64,000 nt of DNA. It comes from Antedon mediterranea. Its lineage: Eukaryota > Animalia > Echinodermata. A program made the position numbers and the translations under genes. The stretch spans positions 4,030,001-4,094,000 of the forward strand of contig NC_092680.1 in the NCBI RefSeq assembly GCF_964355755.1, in the 5' to 3' direction. Below are positions 24,900 to 38,283 of this stretch, piece after piece. A model generated the notes under the pieces. That model was not told where the DNA came from and made no database searches. It saw only the letters and a list, made by a program, of their open reading frames with translations. Positions within the stretch are counted from its first letter, which is position 1. Every line of letters starts with the position of its first letter.

Positions 24900-27681
24900 C
24901 AACTGCATAAAACAAGGTTTTTGAGATAATCAACAAAACGTGTTATTGTTTTAGCTCTTCACGTGTGTAGATAATATTATTTTGATTTTCACACCTTTTA
25001 GTAGAACATATAAGTACTCTTTATTGTGTAGAAAGATTTATTAAAATTACTGACTATAATTTTAGATATGTCAGTTTTACTGTTTTTCATAACATTCTTG
25101 ATCAATCATACACAAGAAAATCACGAAAGACTCACTCAACTGCATTTGTCATGAAAGAATCAACTTAACTACAAAATGTATTTTTAAGAAAGTACTAATT
25201 TAACGTAAACATAATATAAAGAAAATGTATATTACTTAATAATTTGATAATAAGACTTTTGTTCATATAATACTTAGTTATATAGTGATTTTTTTAAAGA
25301 TGTATGTTCCTAGGCCAATTTTGTCTACGTCATATAAGGCACTCAAAACCCATTGTCTGCCTGGGCGTTTTTTGGCTTGGTATAAGCTAAGCCTAAGACT
25401 AATTGGGGTTTCTGCTTATAAAGAATGCCTTTTATATGTAATATTATTTCATTAGAGGAAAATGAAAAAGAATATATGTTATAAAAAATAATGACACCTT
25501 TTAAGACATGATATATTATAATTAATTCATTTTTAGAATTATTTTTGTAGGCCTACAGACACTACCGTAGGCTATATACATTGCTAGCAATCACATTTCC
25601 CACTTGTTTGTATATATTTAGTGTTTACATAGATTTGTAACTAAAAATAAGTTTAAAATATTGTTTTTCATGTTTCTTGTATTTTTACTTTTAGTTTTAA
25701 GTATTAATTTAAGAGGGAGAATATTCAATAATAATATCATATTACGGTGATAGTCTCTCCAGGGTATTTAATTCTGAATATTCCAGAAATAAAAGTAATA
25801 CTCTAATAATAACTAAACAAGTTTAATTAAGTGAGTATTGAATGAAATAATTATTGACAATTATTCGTAGGGCAGTACCAAATTATTTTATGTTTAAAAC
25901 AACAACATTTGGGTACACAGCTTGCTGTGCAGCAAACACCATTGTTGTGCACTTGAATGGGTTTCCTATGACATAATAGGTGTTAATATGTCAATTGAGT
26001 GAGTCTTTCATGGCATTTGTAGTTGAGTCAGTCTTTGGTGACAATAGTAACACACACTTGTAATTGAGTGGTATTTTGATTTTTAAATTTCATATTTCTA
26101 GTTAAAATTTTGAATATCTGAATATACCACAAGGTGTATCATTCTCTAAATAGCCCAAAAAGTTAAAAAGTGATTTTTGAAAAATGTGTCAGTTGAGTCG
26201 TTCTTTCATGACAGGGCAGTATAGTACAGGGATTTTTTCCAAAAATGGCAAAATTTCGACCCATATATTTTTCGACAAAACTGGTTACTATGGCTCTATA
26301 AGATGATACAAAGCAATATATGCGCATATATACGGTAGCCATATTATTGCATAATAATTTAATTTTTAAAAAGTCGAAATTTTGGCCATTTTTCGAAAAT
26401 CCCTTTACTCAACTGCATAAAACAAGGTTTTGAGATAATCAACAAAACGTGTTATTGTTTTAGCTCTTCACGTGTGTAGATAATATTATTTTGATTTTCA
26501 CACCTTTTAGTAGAACATATAAGTACTCTTTATTGTGTAGAAAGATTTATTAAAATTACTGACTATAATTTTAGATATGTCAGTTTTACTGATCAATCAT
26601 ACACAAGAAAATCACGAAAGACTCACTCAACTGCATTTGTCATGAAAGAATCAACTTAACTACAAAATGTATTTTTAAGAAAGTACTAATTTAACGTAAA
26701 CATAATATAAAGAAAATGTATATTACTTAATAATTTGATGATAAGACTTTAGTTTATATAAAACTTATATATAGTGATTTTTTTTAAAGATTTATGTTCC
26801 TAGGCCAATTTTGTCTACGTCATATAAGGCACTCAAAACTCATTGTCTGTCTGGGCGTTTTTTGGCTTGGTATAAGCTAAGCCTAAGACTAATTGGGGTT
26901 TCTGCTTATAAAGAATGCCTTTTATATGTAATATTATTTCATTAGAGGAAAATGAAAAAGAATATATGTTATACAAAATAATGACACCTTTTAAGACATT
27001 ATAATTAATTCATTTTTGGAATTATTTTTGTAGGCCTACAGACACTACCGTAGGCTATATACATTGCTAGCAATCACATTTCCCACTTGTTTGTATATAT
27101 TTAGTGTGTACATAGATTTGTAACTAAAAATAAGTTTAAAATATTCTTTTTCATGTTTCTTGTATTTTTACATTTAGTTTTAAGTATTCATTTAAGAGGG
27201 AGAATATTCAATAATAATATCATTACGGTGTTCATTGTCTCTCCAGGGTATTTAATTCTGAATATTCAAAGAAATAAAATTAATACTCTAATAATAACTA
27301 AACAAGTTAAGTGCGTATTGAATAAAATAATTATTGACAATTACTTGTAGGGCAGTACCAAATTATATTATGTTTAAAACAACAACATTTGGGTACACAG
27401 CTTACTGTGCAATAAACACCATTGTTGTGCACTTGAATGGGTTTCCTATGACATAATAGGTGTTAATATGTCAATTGAGTGAGTCTTTCATGGCATTTGT
27501 AGTTGAGTTAATCTTTGGTGACAATAGTAACACACACTTGTAATTGAGTGGTATTTTGATTTTTAAATTTCATATTTTTAGTTAAAATTTTGAATATCTG
27601 AATATACCACAAGGTGTATCATTCCCTAAATAGCCCAATAAGCTAAAAAAGTGTCAGTTGAGTCGTTCTTTCAAGGGCAGT
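24711..27681. repeat. Tandem duplication of a ~1.5 kb unit (24711..26220, 26221..27681) containing a non-autonomous DNA transposon
   Basis: Near-identical copies with small indels; the internal element ends cagttgagtcgttctttca(tgac)agggcag-TA and has internal inverted repeats. Confidence 0.9.
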
Positions 27682-28670
27682 ATAGTAAAGGGATTTTTTT
27701 CGAAAAATGGCCAAAATATCGACTTTTTAAAAATAAAATTATTATGCAATAATATGGGTATATATGCGCATATATTGCTTTGTATCATCTTATAGAGCCA
27801 TAGTAACCAGTTTTGTCGAAAGATAAGATGAAACAAAGCAACATATGCGCATATATACCCATATTATTGCATAATAATTGAATTTTAAAAAGTCTATATT
27901 TTAAACTTATTTATTGTGTAGTACTGTAGTACCGTACTCCGAATGTTGTCTTTAAAAGAAGTCGATCCGCTTTGTACAAAGACCATACGGACGGATAGTT
28001 TGGTATTGAATGCAACAATTATTTGTTCTCACTGCTCACAGAGTAGAAAATCGACAAGAAAAAAAAAAGATCTTACAGTTATGCCGAGTCTTTCCATTCT
28101 ATTTAATATCCACACGTTTCTGTTTCGGAGACTTCTGATAAACGAAAATGTTGCTTTACCGCCCTCTATTGTAGACGTTTTTTGTCTTCTAAATAAGGAT
28201 TTTTATCAGAGCGCCCGCTGGATTTTGTTTTCATCATATGCATAAGAATACATCTATTAGCTATCATACTAAACTCAAAGTTAGAATTGAATAGTGCTAT
28301 AAATTAAAACGTATAACTTGTTTCGAGAATAATCAAATGTATCGGATATTGCATCAGGTTTGAAACCGAAAAGAGTACCACGATTTATAGCCGTACAACT
28401 TTCTCCAAGCCGCCTCCTGTACCGGATGTTTAAAAGGCAGTAGCAGATGATGATGCAAATTAACTTAACTTTATGTGGATGCCTCTCAAAGGCTACGTAG
28501 TTGATAAATTATAATACAGATGATATAATAGGCTGACAGGCTGCTTCAGCGACATTCCTCACGTGTTCCTGTGTTGATTAGATAATGGTAGTTTGTCTTA
28601 CTGCAATAAATTAAACGGAAGTGTCGGCTAATTAATTGCTGCCAAAGTTTGAAATTACAATCGCCCTTAA

Positions 28671-28961
28671 AGATGTATTGTCCCCCAAAAACATGAAAAA
28701 TGTACATGAATAAAATCAGACTTTAAATATGTTATTTTGTAGTGTTAATAAAGTTAATCACGTATGTGGATAAAAAACGAAAAAAAATATTGTTTTCACT
28801 TGAAAAAAGACAAAATTAATGGTTAAATTTAACTAAAACCCCATTGACTGGCAGCCAACTTGACTATATATTTTGCTTTCAATTACAGTTTTTTTCAGGT
28901 AAATATTTTTGTTCTATTATATGACATTAAAATGGCATATTCAACAAAAAACAATACATCT
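28671..28961. mobile_element. Kolobok-type MITE
   Basis: TTAA-AGATGTATTGT ... ACAATACATCT-TTAA. Confidence 0.7.
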
Positions 28962-31549
28962 TTAACTTAACATGGTACAACCGTTCTCAATGGATCCATT
29001 TAAAAAATGTATTTTCCCAAACTTTAGATTCTTGATTATTAATTTAAATATTAGTAGGCCTACTGTTATAGGCGGCATTCGGGATTAGTACCGTACCCAC
29101 AGACTGTCGAGTGTGATGATAAAATGTTATGTTACATCTGTTTTATAGACCAGAAAATCTACACATATTTCACTCTCCTGTGCATGTCTTGTTTTGCGAT
29201 TTCGGCTACAAAAGCACAATAAAAATTATTTAAAAGAGCAATGTACGGTAACCCTTTGTGGTATTCCACACATCGTGAGAGAAGAATTTTCCGTTTTTAC
29301 GGAGGATAACTAATCCTAATGTTTAATAACATCAATTATTCACAAAGATGTGATTCACCATTTTATTAATTTCAATTATAAATCGTGCACTGTAATTTCA
29401 CTCGTTACTATGGCGATTAACCCTGAAACGAGCCAATAACATAAACAGAAGTTTCAGATCGGAAACAACGATACAGCAGACAAAGAACAGGGAAACGACG
29501 AACATAATATACATGAAACATGCAAAAATGGTTTATCATCGGCTTTTGTATGTTGTTCGAAGCTGCAAATTGTGAACTGCTTGACAGGGAGGTCTGGGGG
29601 ATGTTAATCGACTGCCATAACATCACGTTCCACAATTCGATTTTTAACTTGATGAATGTGATGAAGAAATAACAATTGCACATGGAAAATTACATCAATA
29701 TTGTCTGAAATTAATCGAAAGGCAAACGACCCATTTGAAACGCGACCAATTTAAATCGGGACCAAATTAATCGGTTACCACATTTATGATATTGAATCTA
29801 AACACGAAATAAAAGAAAGCAGACAATTGTCAATGTTTTGGTGTTAGCTTATCAAAACAAGGTAATCGTGCTAGTGGTATAATTTGGACCCACAGCATGC
29901 AATAATAATCAATCCAGCTATGACATCATCAATTAGCTACAGTACGAGTAATTACGTACGGTGAATCGAACAAATTATTTAGGATTGATTGATGATACGG
30001 CATTAGCAAATTACACAATCAGTTGACACATTAGAACTTAACTATTATAACAAAGATGTTCTCTTCTTCAAGTTTCTTTGTTATCAACTAAACTTATGTC
30101 ACCTCCAAATAAGGACATACGGTGTATGTTGTCACCCGCTTTGCGTTGCAAGATATTTTCGGGTATTCTTTCACCTCTCAGTTCCTTTGTTTCTGTGTTC
30201 TCTCGTCCCAGCATGAGTAGCTTGCTATGTCGCACTTTGTAATAATCGTCGCACTCTGTCAAAGTTTACATTCAAAATGGTAATCCTCTGGCCTTACTGT
30301 TGAATAGAAGATGATACATTACAGTTATATTATTGGCAAAGAACACAACTAGAATGATTAATACTGTATAAGCTTAAGGAGTTTAAAGATAATATCGCAC
30401 AGATAAAACATAGGGATGTTCAGAGGAGACACATGTACATTGTTGGATGATGTCCCGGATGGTGCGAATGTGCCCCAACCACGGATACACTTTGAATAGG
30501 CCAATTGAATGATACAGCATTAATTCAAATCAATACAGTCTAGTAAAAATGCATCAAAACGAGATTTCAATATTTCATTTCAACATAGGCCTATATGTCA
30601 TGATGTTTGGACACTGCTTTTAACATACCATTTGGCATCTATCCCATAATAGACCTTCTAATCTAACGGTGATTACGAAAGTAGGCTATACATGGGGTGG
30701 ATGTCGGTGGGGATGTGGGTATAAAAGGGGGAAACGATATACTACAGTACTGTTCAGCGAGTCTACTTTGATAATTTCGATTGTGATATTATTTTTAATA
30801 ATACAACACTGTGCAAAAATAATAATTACATTTGAGATACGGATTATTTAGCATAGCAATATTATTGCATGGAATATTTCTTTAATGATCGTAACACATG
30901 TAATTCACTTACCAATGCAATGCGCTGCAGTATTATGCTTTATATAACAGTGTAGTTATTAATAAGTAAAACAGTATGACGAAATCGCTACCTGGATTGC
31001 ATAACAATTTGTAAGTGTAAGTTGCTGCGCTATGTACGTTTTATTGCAAAATACACCCAGACCAGACATAAACATCGGTTATGGAGGAATTCCTACATGA
31101 TATCAACCAGCAGAACATAAATATTTCATCAATTTAAGTATTTCGTTCTGAATTATATAAGTCACGCCCTTTTATCATGCAGTTTCTTCTCTCGGATCAG
31201 GGACGTTGAAAGTCGGTGGGATGGGCGTCAACAAGATTAGGGTGGGGTGAAATAAAACTAAAATAGTACTGTTTATTTAGATAGGTACGTATTTTGGGTG
31301 GAGTGGTATTAGAATTGAATGCTGGGTGTAAAATACTGTTTTAGGATTGTGGAAAAATAGTTGGTTTGGTTGATGATATGGAGAGGTAATTTTCTCAGTG
31401 TTGATTGTTACTACAGATTCATTACTCCCCACATCACCACCATCGGTTACGTCACACATACAGAACATCCGATCTATGTTACCAATTGATACATACAAGT
31501 TCTATAGACTATTAAACAAGCATGAGATGTTATATATTGATTCTTTAAC

Positions 31550-33393
31550 ACTTTTATTAATACGTATGCAAAATCATTTTTTTTTCTATATAATTTTTCT
31601 TACAAAACAAAAGATACAATAACAATGATTGGAAGACTTAACATTTCTGAATGCATAAACAAAAACACTTTGCAAAAATTTATAATACGAAAACTCTAAA
31701 TATAATCATCAAACAGATAGTAAAATATTGGTGCTTGTTCAAACCTAATCAATAGATATCAATATATCGATTATGATAATCAATTTAAATCAATACTTTA
31801 TCAATCAACTGATTAGAATAATCGATTTTAATCAATATCATGTAATGATTATCAGGTAGTAAAGATTTATCTAAAAACTATTTTGATTTTTTCACTTTAT
31901 TTTATTTAGAAAATTAAGTACTGCTCAAACTAAAATATTTCTTTTTAATTTTACAAACATACTGTATTAATAATTAAGTTTGTTTTTTTTTCTTATTTAA
32001 ACCTGAGAAAATTACCCTGAGGTAGAAATTTAAACATCTTCAGAATTTGAGAACAAAATTATTTCTAGTTTAAAATTTAAAAAAAAAAATTAATTTTTCT
32101 GATTTTTAAAAAAGTTTTACACAAATTTGGTCTTCTTTAAAAATAGTGCATTATTTTGCACGCATTATTTCCTATTTAAATTTCAAAAACACCTTGAATA
32201 TGCTAGCAGAAATTGAATTTTCAAGCAATTTTGACCATAATTTAAATAAATGAATTCATAAAATGGCAATGGAATTGTAAAATATTAATTACAAAATTGC
32301 AATTATTTTGAAATTTACTTTCAATATTTTCTTAAATACAAAATTATTTATTGGAAATGAATTTAGTAATGTTTAAAATGAAATCATAAAATTGAAGATT
32401 CTTACATGCACCAATGATTTACTATTTTCCAGCTGCATTTCTTAATTACTCAAATCATGTTTTATTTTGCATCAAAAATTCTAGTTTATCAAAAACTAAT
32501 TTTTTCGGCTAAATTACACGAGTCACAATTTTCTTACTATTACACATGAATTCTAAAATCGCAAAGCTTATTCTACCAGAGGTAGAAAATGCCTAAAAAT
32601 CTACATACACATTTTCATATTGAGTAACTACCCCTATTTTTGATAATGGAACAGTCTGAGGCTTACCCTTCATTGGGGTGTTTCCAATTTGTTATATCAA
32701 TACATGTATGTACATTCCATTGACATATTGACTAGACTGATCATATGTAGGAAATAATGAGGAACTTGGACACACTGACATTTCCGCATGACCACTTTTG
32801 GCGCCAGAAAGTGGTATCTGGGTGCAACCATTAAAACCTAGGTATATTTAAACAATATTCCAAAAGGACAAAGGGGCCTACATTGTTTGTATATCTAGCT
32901 ATGCACTATAGATTCTTTTTTGGTTTTCATATACTCTCTTTGTTGTAGAGTGGTTTGACAGAACAGAGATGTTTTTGGCAGGGGTTTTAATACAGTACAC
33001 ACTAATAATTTTAAGGCTGGCAGTGTTTAAGGGTTTAAGATTATAAATGTGCGGTCTTTTTATTTTCGGAAATTACTTAATGGAAGATTTGCTTATACGC
33101 CAACAACTACACTGTTTTAAATGAAACTTATATAAAAAAATCTTTTCAATTTTAAACAATCTATATACAGTTTTTACATACAGTATACAACAAAGAAAAA
33201 AGTTTTATGGTTAATATAAAACAAAAAGAAAAATATATATTTATGTGTGCTATACATAGGAAACAAACACAATTTATACATATTTACAAACTGTACAAAA
33301 CCTTTCCTATACATATTGCCATTACTATACTTCCCAACAAAACACTTTAAAATTTCTGCCCTTTCTAGTAAAAAACTCGAGCATTTTGTATGT
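31550..33393 (-). other. myc: Probable myc 3' UTR (AU-rich, ~1.8 kb)
   Basis: U-rich and repeat-free on the minus strand; AATAAA on minus at ~31553-31558; several miRNA seed matches. The 3' end is inferred. Confidence 0.5.
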
Positions 33394-33989
33394 CTAGAAC
33401 AATATCTCCTCTTTTAAAGTCCTTAATCGCTGTAATAACATGGCTTTTCTCCGTCGAAGACCCCGTACTTCCGATTGCAAACTCTCTTCCGAATTTTGTA
33501 GTTTTGCAACATAGTCAACAGACTTCTTTAGAATAACAACTTTCGCAGCACGGTCCATACATTCGAGTTCCGGTACGTTATCGCGCAATCGCATAAAACT
33601 GTTTTTTAAGTCAGTCCTTCGTTTTCTCTCAAGAACATTGTGCGATGCTCTTTTGTCAATATCTTCAGAGTCTGAGGATGCTCTGCTGCTGTTCCTGCTT
33701 CCGGAACGACTTGTATGCTTACTGCTGGACTTACTATGAGATCTGCTGCTAGAGTTTGACGACGGAGTCGATTTGATACTCTGTAAAACACGCTTTACTT
33801 CTTCAATGTTTGTCAATGTTTCCAATTTTGATTTCTTTGCGGATGTATTTAAAGAAAGATTTAGTCCCGATTTTCGTTTTAAGCTTGGTCTCGACGAGTA
33901 AGGTGCGGAGTAGTTGTGTGTAATTCGTATTTTGGTAACTTCACTCACTTTCTGTTTTTCTTGAATGCCAACAACATCAATCTCCTCCT
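33394..33989 (-). CDS. myc: myc coding exon 2 (MBIIIb, MBIV, bHLH-LZ)
   Basis: TTACAG|AGGAGGAGATT acceptor; stop codon at 33394-33396. Confidence 0.95.
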
Positions 33990-35991
33990 CTGTAATGACA
34001 ATAAACAAGAAAAATAAAGTCAATATCATACATTTGTTATGAAAATATTACTGTGGAACATTTAAATTACAGTACTGCTGGTTAAATCTTAACTATGTAC
34101 ACCATTAAAATCAAATGTAGAAAATGCTTTAAATGTATTAAAAATATTATAAATATTGATGTCTGGTTTTCTAAAGATATTTTTACAGTATAATAGCCCC
34201 CAGCATTTTTAATATTCAAGTTTGGTTCGATAAAATTTAGTCCATCATCTTCTGTAATTGGTTGATGATGACTCATTTGTCGCTAAAAAGCAGAACTATT
34301 AAAAAATATTGATGAAAAATCCAAGTTTAACAGATGGCTGGAAGGATACTATTTTCTTTATGCAGGGATGGTTGAAGTGAAGAGTATTTGAAAAATACAA
34401 TAATTATGTAATACGAAATAAATTATAATTATTGTATTCAAAACTTAAAAACCCATTTTAAAATAAAGATGACTTTTTGACATACTGTACAACAGCAGCA
34501 AATATTAGCTGGGTTACAGTAATGAATACAAAACAACATTTTAATTTTTATATTTATAATATGGTTAGACGTCTGATTTTAAATTGGTTATTTTATTGGG
34601 TTAATGTTGGGCCCACACCTGTACAATACATTACAACAGAATGCTAAGAACTATGATTTCACTTATTAGGAATTTTAAGAATTCCAATTAGTTCTAAGAA
34701 AGTGAAAGGCTACAGAAGAAAATGATTGGTACCACTAGGTACTGTATCGTCCTGAAATTTGCACTGTTAAAAAAATAATAGAATTCTATTGTATTGCTGC
34801 TGCACATGCATTAAAAAATAAATTGTATAATACTTAATAGTATCTCGGCCTAGTCTGTGAATATTGACCCGCAGTGCTTTTATTTTACTAACTTGCTTGT
34901 CATTTTGCCAAAAAGTATTTGTCATCATCCTTTCATCAACCAATATCAAGATATTTTACTCATATTTTAAACCTAAATTTTGAACTTTTCGTAAATTAGA
35001 GTTAGTTACAATGTACACAGGAGGCATACAGTAACTGTACAAAAAAAGTAGAAAGTTTAAGTACTGTAGAGTAAAAACCACAGCATAAATGGAGCATGAA
35101 TATTTGCTTAATAAATTAGGACATTAAATACAGTACTCAAACAGTAGTTCGAAAGTTTCTATGCAGAGGTCGATGTCATGCCCTTTTAGTGACCGGATTT
35201 TCCACCTCCTCTTTCACTTCCTATTTTACAGTACGCGCGCGAAATACAAGTACGTTATAACATTTGTTATAACCTCAAAAGGGAGGGAGCCAACGAACCA
35301 TTCACGTTACGTGGTAGTAAGATAAACAAAAACACTAACTTTTTAGGCCTAGGCCATTCTAGGCTAGGCCTATTGATTACATAATAATAATATACATACC
35401 AGAATCCGACGGCGTGTCTGGACATAAGTCCATTCGGTCACTCAACGGGTATGGAAATACAGCTGTCGGGTCTACACAATCACCTGTTCCATAGTCGGTT
35501 GTGGAAGAAGACAATTTGTTTGATTTGGTCGGCTTATTATCCTTTGTTGATGATTTGTTGGTCGTAGGTGTTGCCAAGTCCTTTTCCAAATTTAATGATG
35601 TGTCTATTAAACCACTCCACATGCAATCTTGAATAAGATTTGAATTTATATCTCCACCACCAATAAACACATTTGGTGGTGCTGGGCTTGCAAGACCATC
35701 GTCCAGAGATTCCGAAACAAGACGCAACTGTTCGGCAGTTATAGAGGAATGCAAAGAAGTGACCACAGTATCTGTAAGCAACGGGCTAAATCCATCGTCG
35801 AATTCATCTCTTCCTGGACTTCTAGGAGGAGTTGGCAACAACTGAAACTTTTTCCATATATCTTCACTGGGCGAAGTTGATTCGTAGAATTCCTCCTCAT
35901 CCAGAGATTGGACAAAGTATGGTCGGTTCTCATCAAATTCAGACTCGAACCGAAGGGAATGGTTTCTCCGATGTGCTAACGTCATCATCAT
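33394..35991 (-). CDS. myc: Myc proto-oncogene homolog (bHLH-LZ transcription factor), 395 aa: complement(join(33394..33989,35400..35991))
   Basis: MBI PSEDIWKKFQLLPTPPRSP, MBII IQDCMWSG, MBIIIa CVDPTAVFPYPL, MBIIIb EEIDVV (at the phase-1 exon junction), MBIV HNYSAP, basic region KRASHNVLERKRR, HLH and zipper. GT-AG intron 33990..35399; total 1188 nt. Confidence 0.97.
35400..35991 (-). CDS. myc: myc coding exon 1 (MBI, MBII, MBIIIa)
   Basis: TTTTTAG acceptor immediately before ATG; TCTG|GTATGT donor. Confidence 0.95.
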
Positions 35992-36541
35992 CTAAAAATG
36001 TTATTACAAAATAAAATTTAATACATCTCAGAAATGCGATACTCTAGCTACCTGCTACTACTTAGGCCTAGCTAACCGGGTACGGTATGGGTGGTAGAGT
36101 TTGTTTATTAAATTAAATACTTTAGGCCTATGCAAGTCTATTGTTTACACTTCCGGGGTATGATTGTGATTTGAGTGCCCATTCACCACATCGTCGATAT
36201 GCACAACAAATCTCTGAATATGCAAAACACAATTTTATTTAAATAGGCCTAGTTGAGCAGCCTAATAAATACAGGTCGATATATGCATACTGAATATAAT
36301 TAGGTATCTAAATTATCAGAAGAGTCCAGTGAAATCTTGGACTTAAAATTTTGGCAGAGTGCAAACATTTTTGCCGGCATTTTTAAAAGGACATTTGCAT
36401 ATTGAACACAACACAACAATATGTGAAATGTGACTGTCACATCTAGGCCCTAGGATTCCCCAAAACTAACAGAAGAGAAACCAGAAATAAATAACATATA
36501 AACAAGACATAGAGCTCACACAATGATAAATAACAACTTAC

Positions 36542-36780
36542 CAAGCTACTATATATCCAAAGCCGCTAAAAATTAGTAAAGTTATATAATTAGAAACCAG
36601 AGCCTAAAATAGGCTTTGTCAACCTTTCGATGCTCAAGAACTGAGTAATTATTACTACACTGGGAGCGCCAGGAAAAGCCCTGTATCATCGGTGACCTGG
36701 CTAATTACTTACTACGATATGGAATATCACGCCGCGAGTACACAGATGGCGCGATAACAGGGGATACCGCCCCTATTTAA
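36542..36780 (-). promoter_or_regulatory. myc: Probable myc core promoter and non-coding exon 1 (~36642..36542)
   Basis: On the minus strand, Inr-like TCAGTT at 36644-36639 and donor TTG|GTAAGT at 36542/36541; CpG-rich patch with GGCGC/GCGCG motifs just upstream. Matches the usual three-exon myc layout. Confidence 0.55.
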
Positions 36781-37859
36781 AACTGTGTATGCACGTACCT
36801 ATAATAATACATTATCTTAAATTTAGCTTCAATTCACTAAACACTGAACTAATACTTATCAAACTAACATTCAAGTAAGTAATGTCATAAAAATAAAGGT
36901 ATTATTTACTTTTGATATTACCTATATATTTATTGAGTGTGTAGCACCCTGTTTGAATGAAATCGTTTGGATCTACATTTCTTACTCACATACAGAATAC
37001 AAAGTTAAAGACATTAAGTATAAAAAAAATATATATTACAAACTACACATGTTAAACGCAATCTTTTTATAGTTATAACTTAACCTTATAGAAATAAACT
37101 TGTTAAAAATCATTATATTTCTTGATATTGCGCAATAAAATACGTTTGTGAAATAGCAGTTACTAGGTCGATGGGCGGAGCTACATGTCTCAGGAACCAG
37201 ACGGACGTTTCCATTTGTGGAAAGGGGTTTCCTAAAATAGATAGAAATAATGAGTTATTTGTTGTTTAAATCAAAAGACTTTAAACAATTTACATTAATA
37301 TTATCTATTATTTAAAAAAAAAGTCATATTTGAGCGCAATCCTTCAAAAAACGGTACACTAATTTAAAAATATCTTAAATACAACCTGTTTATACTGATA
37401 TAACCACTATTTTATACCTCCATGGATATAACAGTGTAGTACTCAGACTTTAATTAATGTGGTTGATAATTATGAATTCCGTCTCAATAGATTGACAACC
37501 ATTTGCCGAGATTTCAACATGATCCCTTAATATTTATTGAAACTTTTTTCCTCTTCAAATGGCAAAACAAATGTTTAAACACAATGAAATATGTTTAACT
37601 TGCATTGCCGATAGAACGCATAGGCCTATATTAAATTACGGCTTCACACCTTCATGTTTAAAAAAATTTATTATCAATGGTGTCAATTATTATTAAATAT
37701 TATCAATAGACATTTTCTATATAATAATAAAATCAAATCAACATATATTTTAGTAGAATAGAACGGTAATACTTAGCCTTCCTTTCAAAGGATTTTTGGA
37801 GAAAATGTTTTGATCTTTTCAATGTTTAATATTAAGAAAATTTAAATAATATACGTAAT

Positions 37860-38283
37860 CAGGAATTATTTAATTTGTATGTGGATATGTATAGAAATGG
37901 CAGCAAAGATATGTTTGATACTTTTTATACTTCTCATGAAAATGACAAACTTAAATATATTTTAGGATACTCAGATAATTTAATTGATGAATGTGAAAAT
38001 ATTTTGGATAGTTTTTGTAAAAGATACCCAAAACAAGCATGGAAATTTCGAAATGATTCACTGAATTCCATGACTCAATAACTATGTTATCTACATTGCT
38101 ACAAAAAAAAAAAAAAAAAAAAAGGGGGGGGGGGGGTGGGTAGGATAGGGGTTGATAGTTAATGCTTTTGCCTTTTTTTTACTTTTCTGTTAATTGTTAT
38201 ATTTTATATTGTGAAGGATGCACATTTGTGCTAAGTGTGCCACCGATCTAAAGGTGTAATTCCAAATAAATAAATAAATAAAT
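37860..38283 (+). mobile_element. 3' end of a LINE (related 3' tails at ~41890-41965 and ~59023-59100)
   Basis: Short ORF tail, A/G runs, shared ggaygcac...gtgtgccac...gtgya...ccaa(a)taaa terminus followed by a simple-repeat tail. Confidence 0.55.

Noticed and set aside
36542-36600. CUG-initiated N-terminal Myc extension from exon 1, as in vertebrate c-Myc1
   Set aside because: An in-frame TAG lies nine codons before the ATG in the predicted spliced mRNA, with no in-frame CTG after it.
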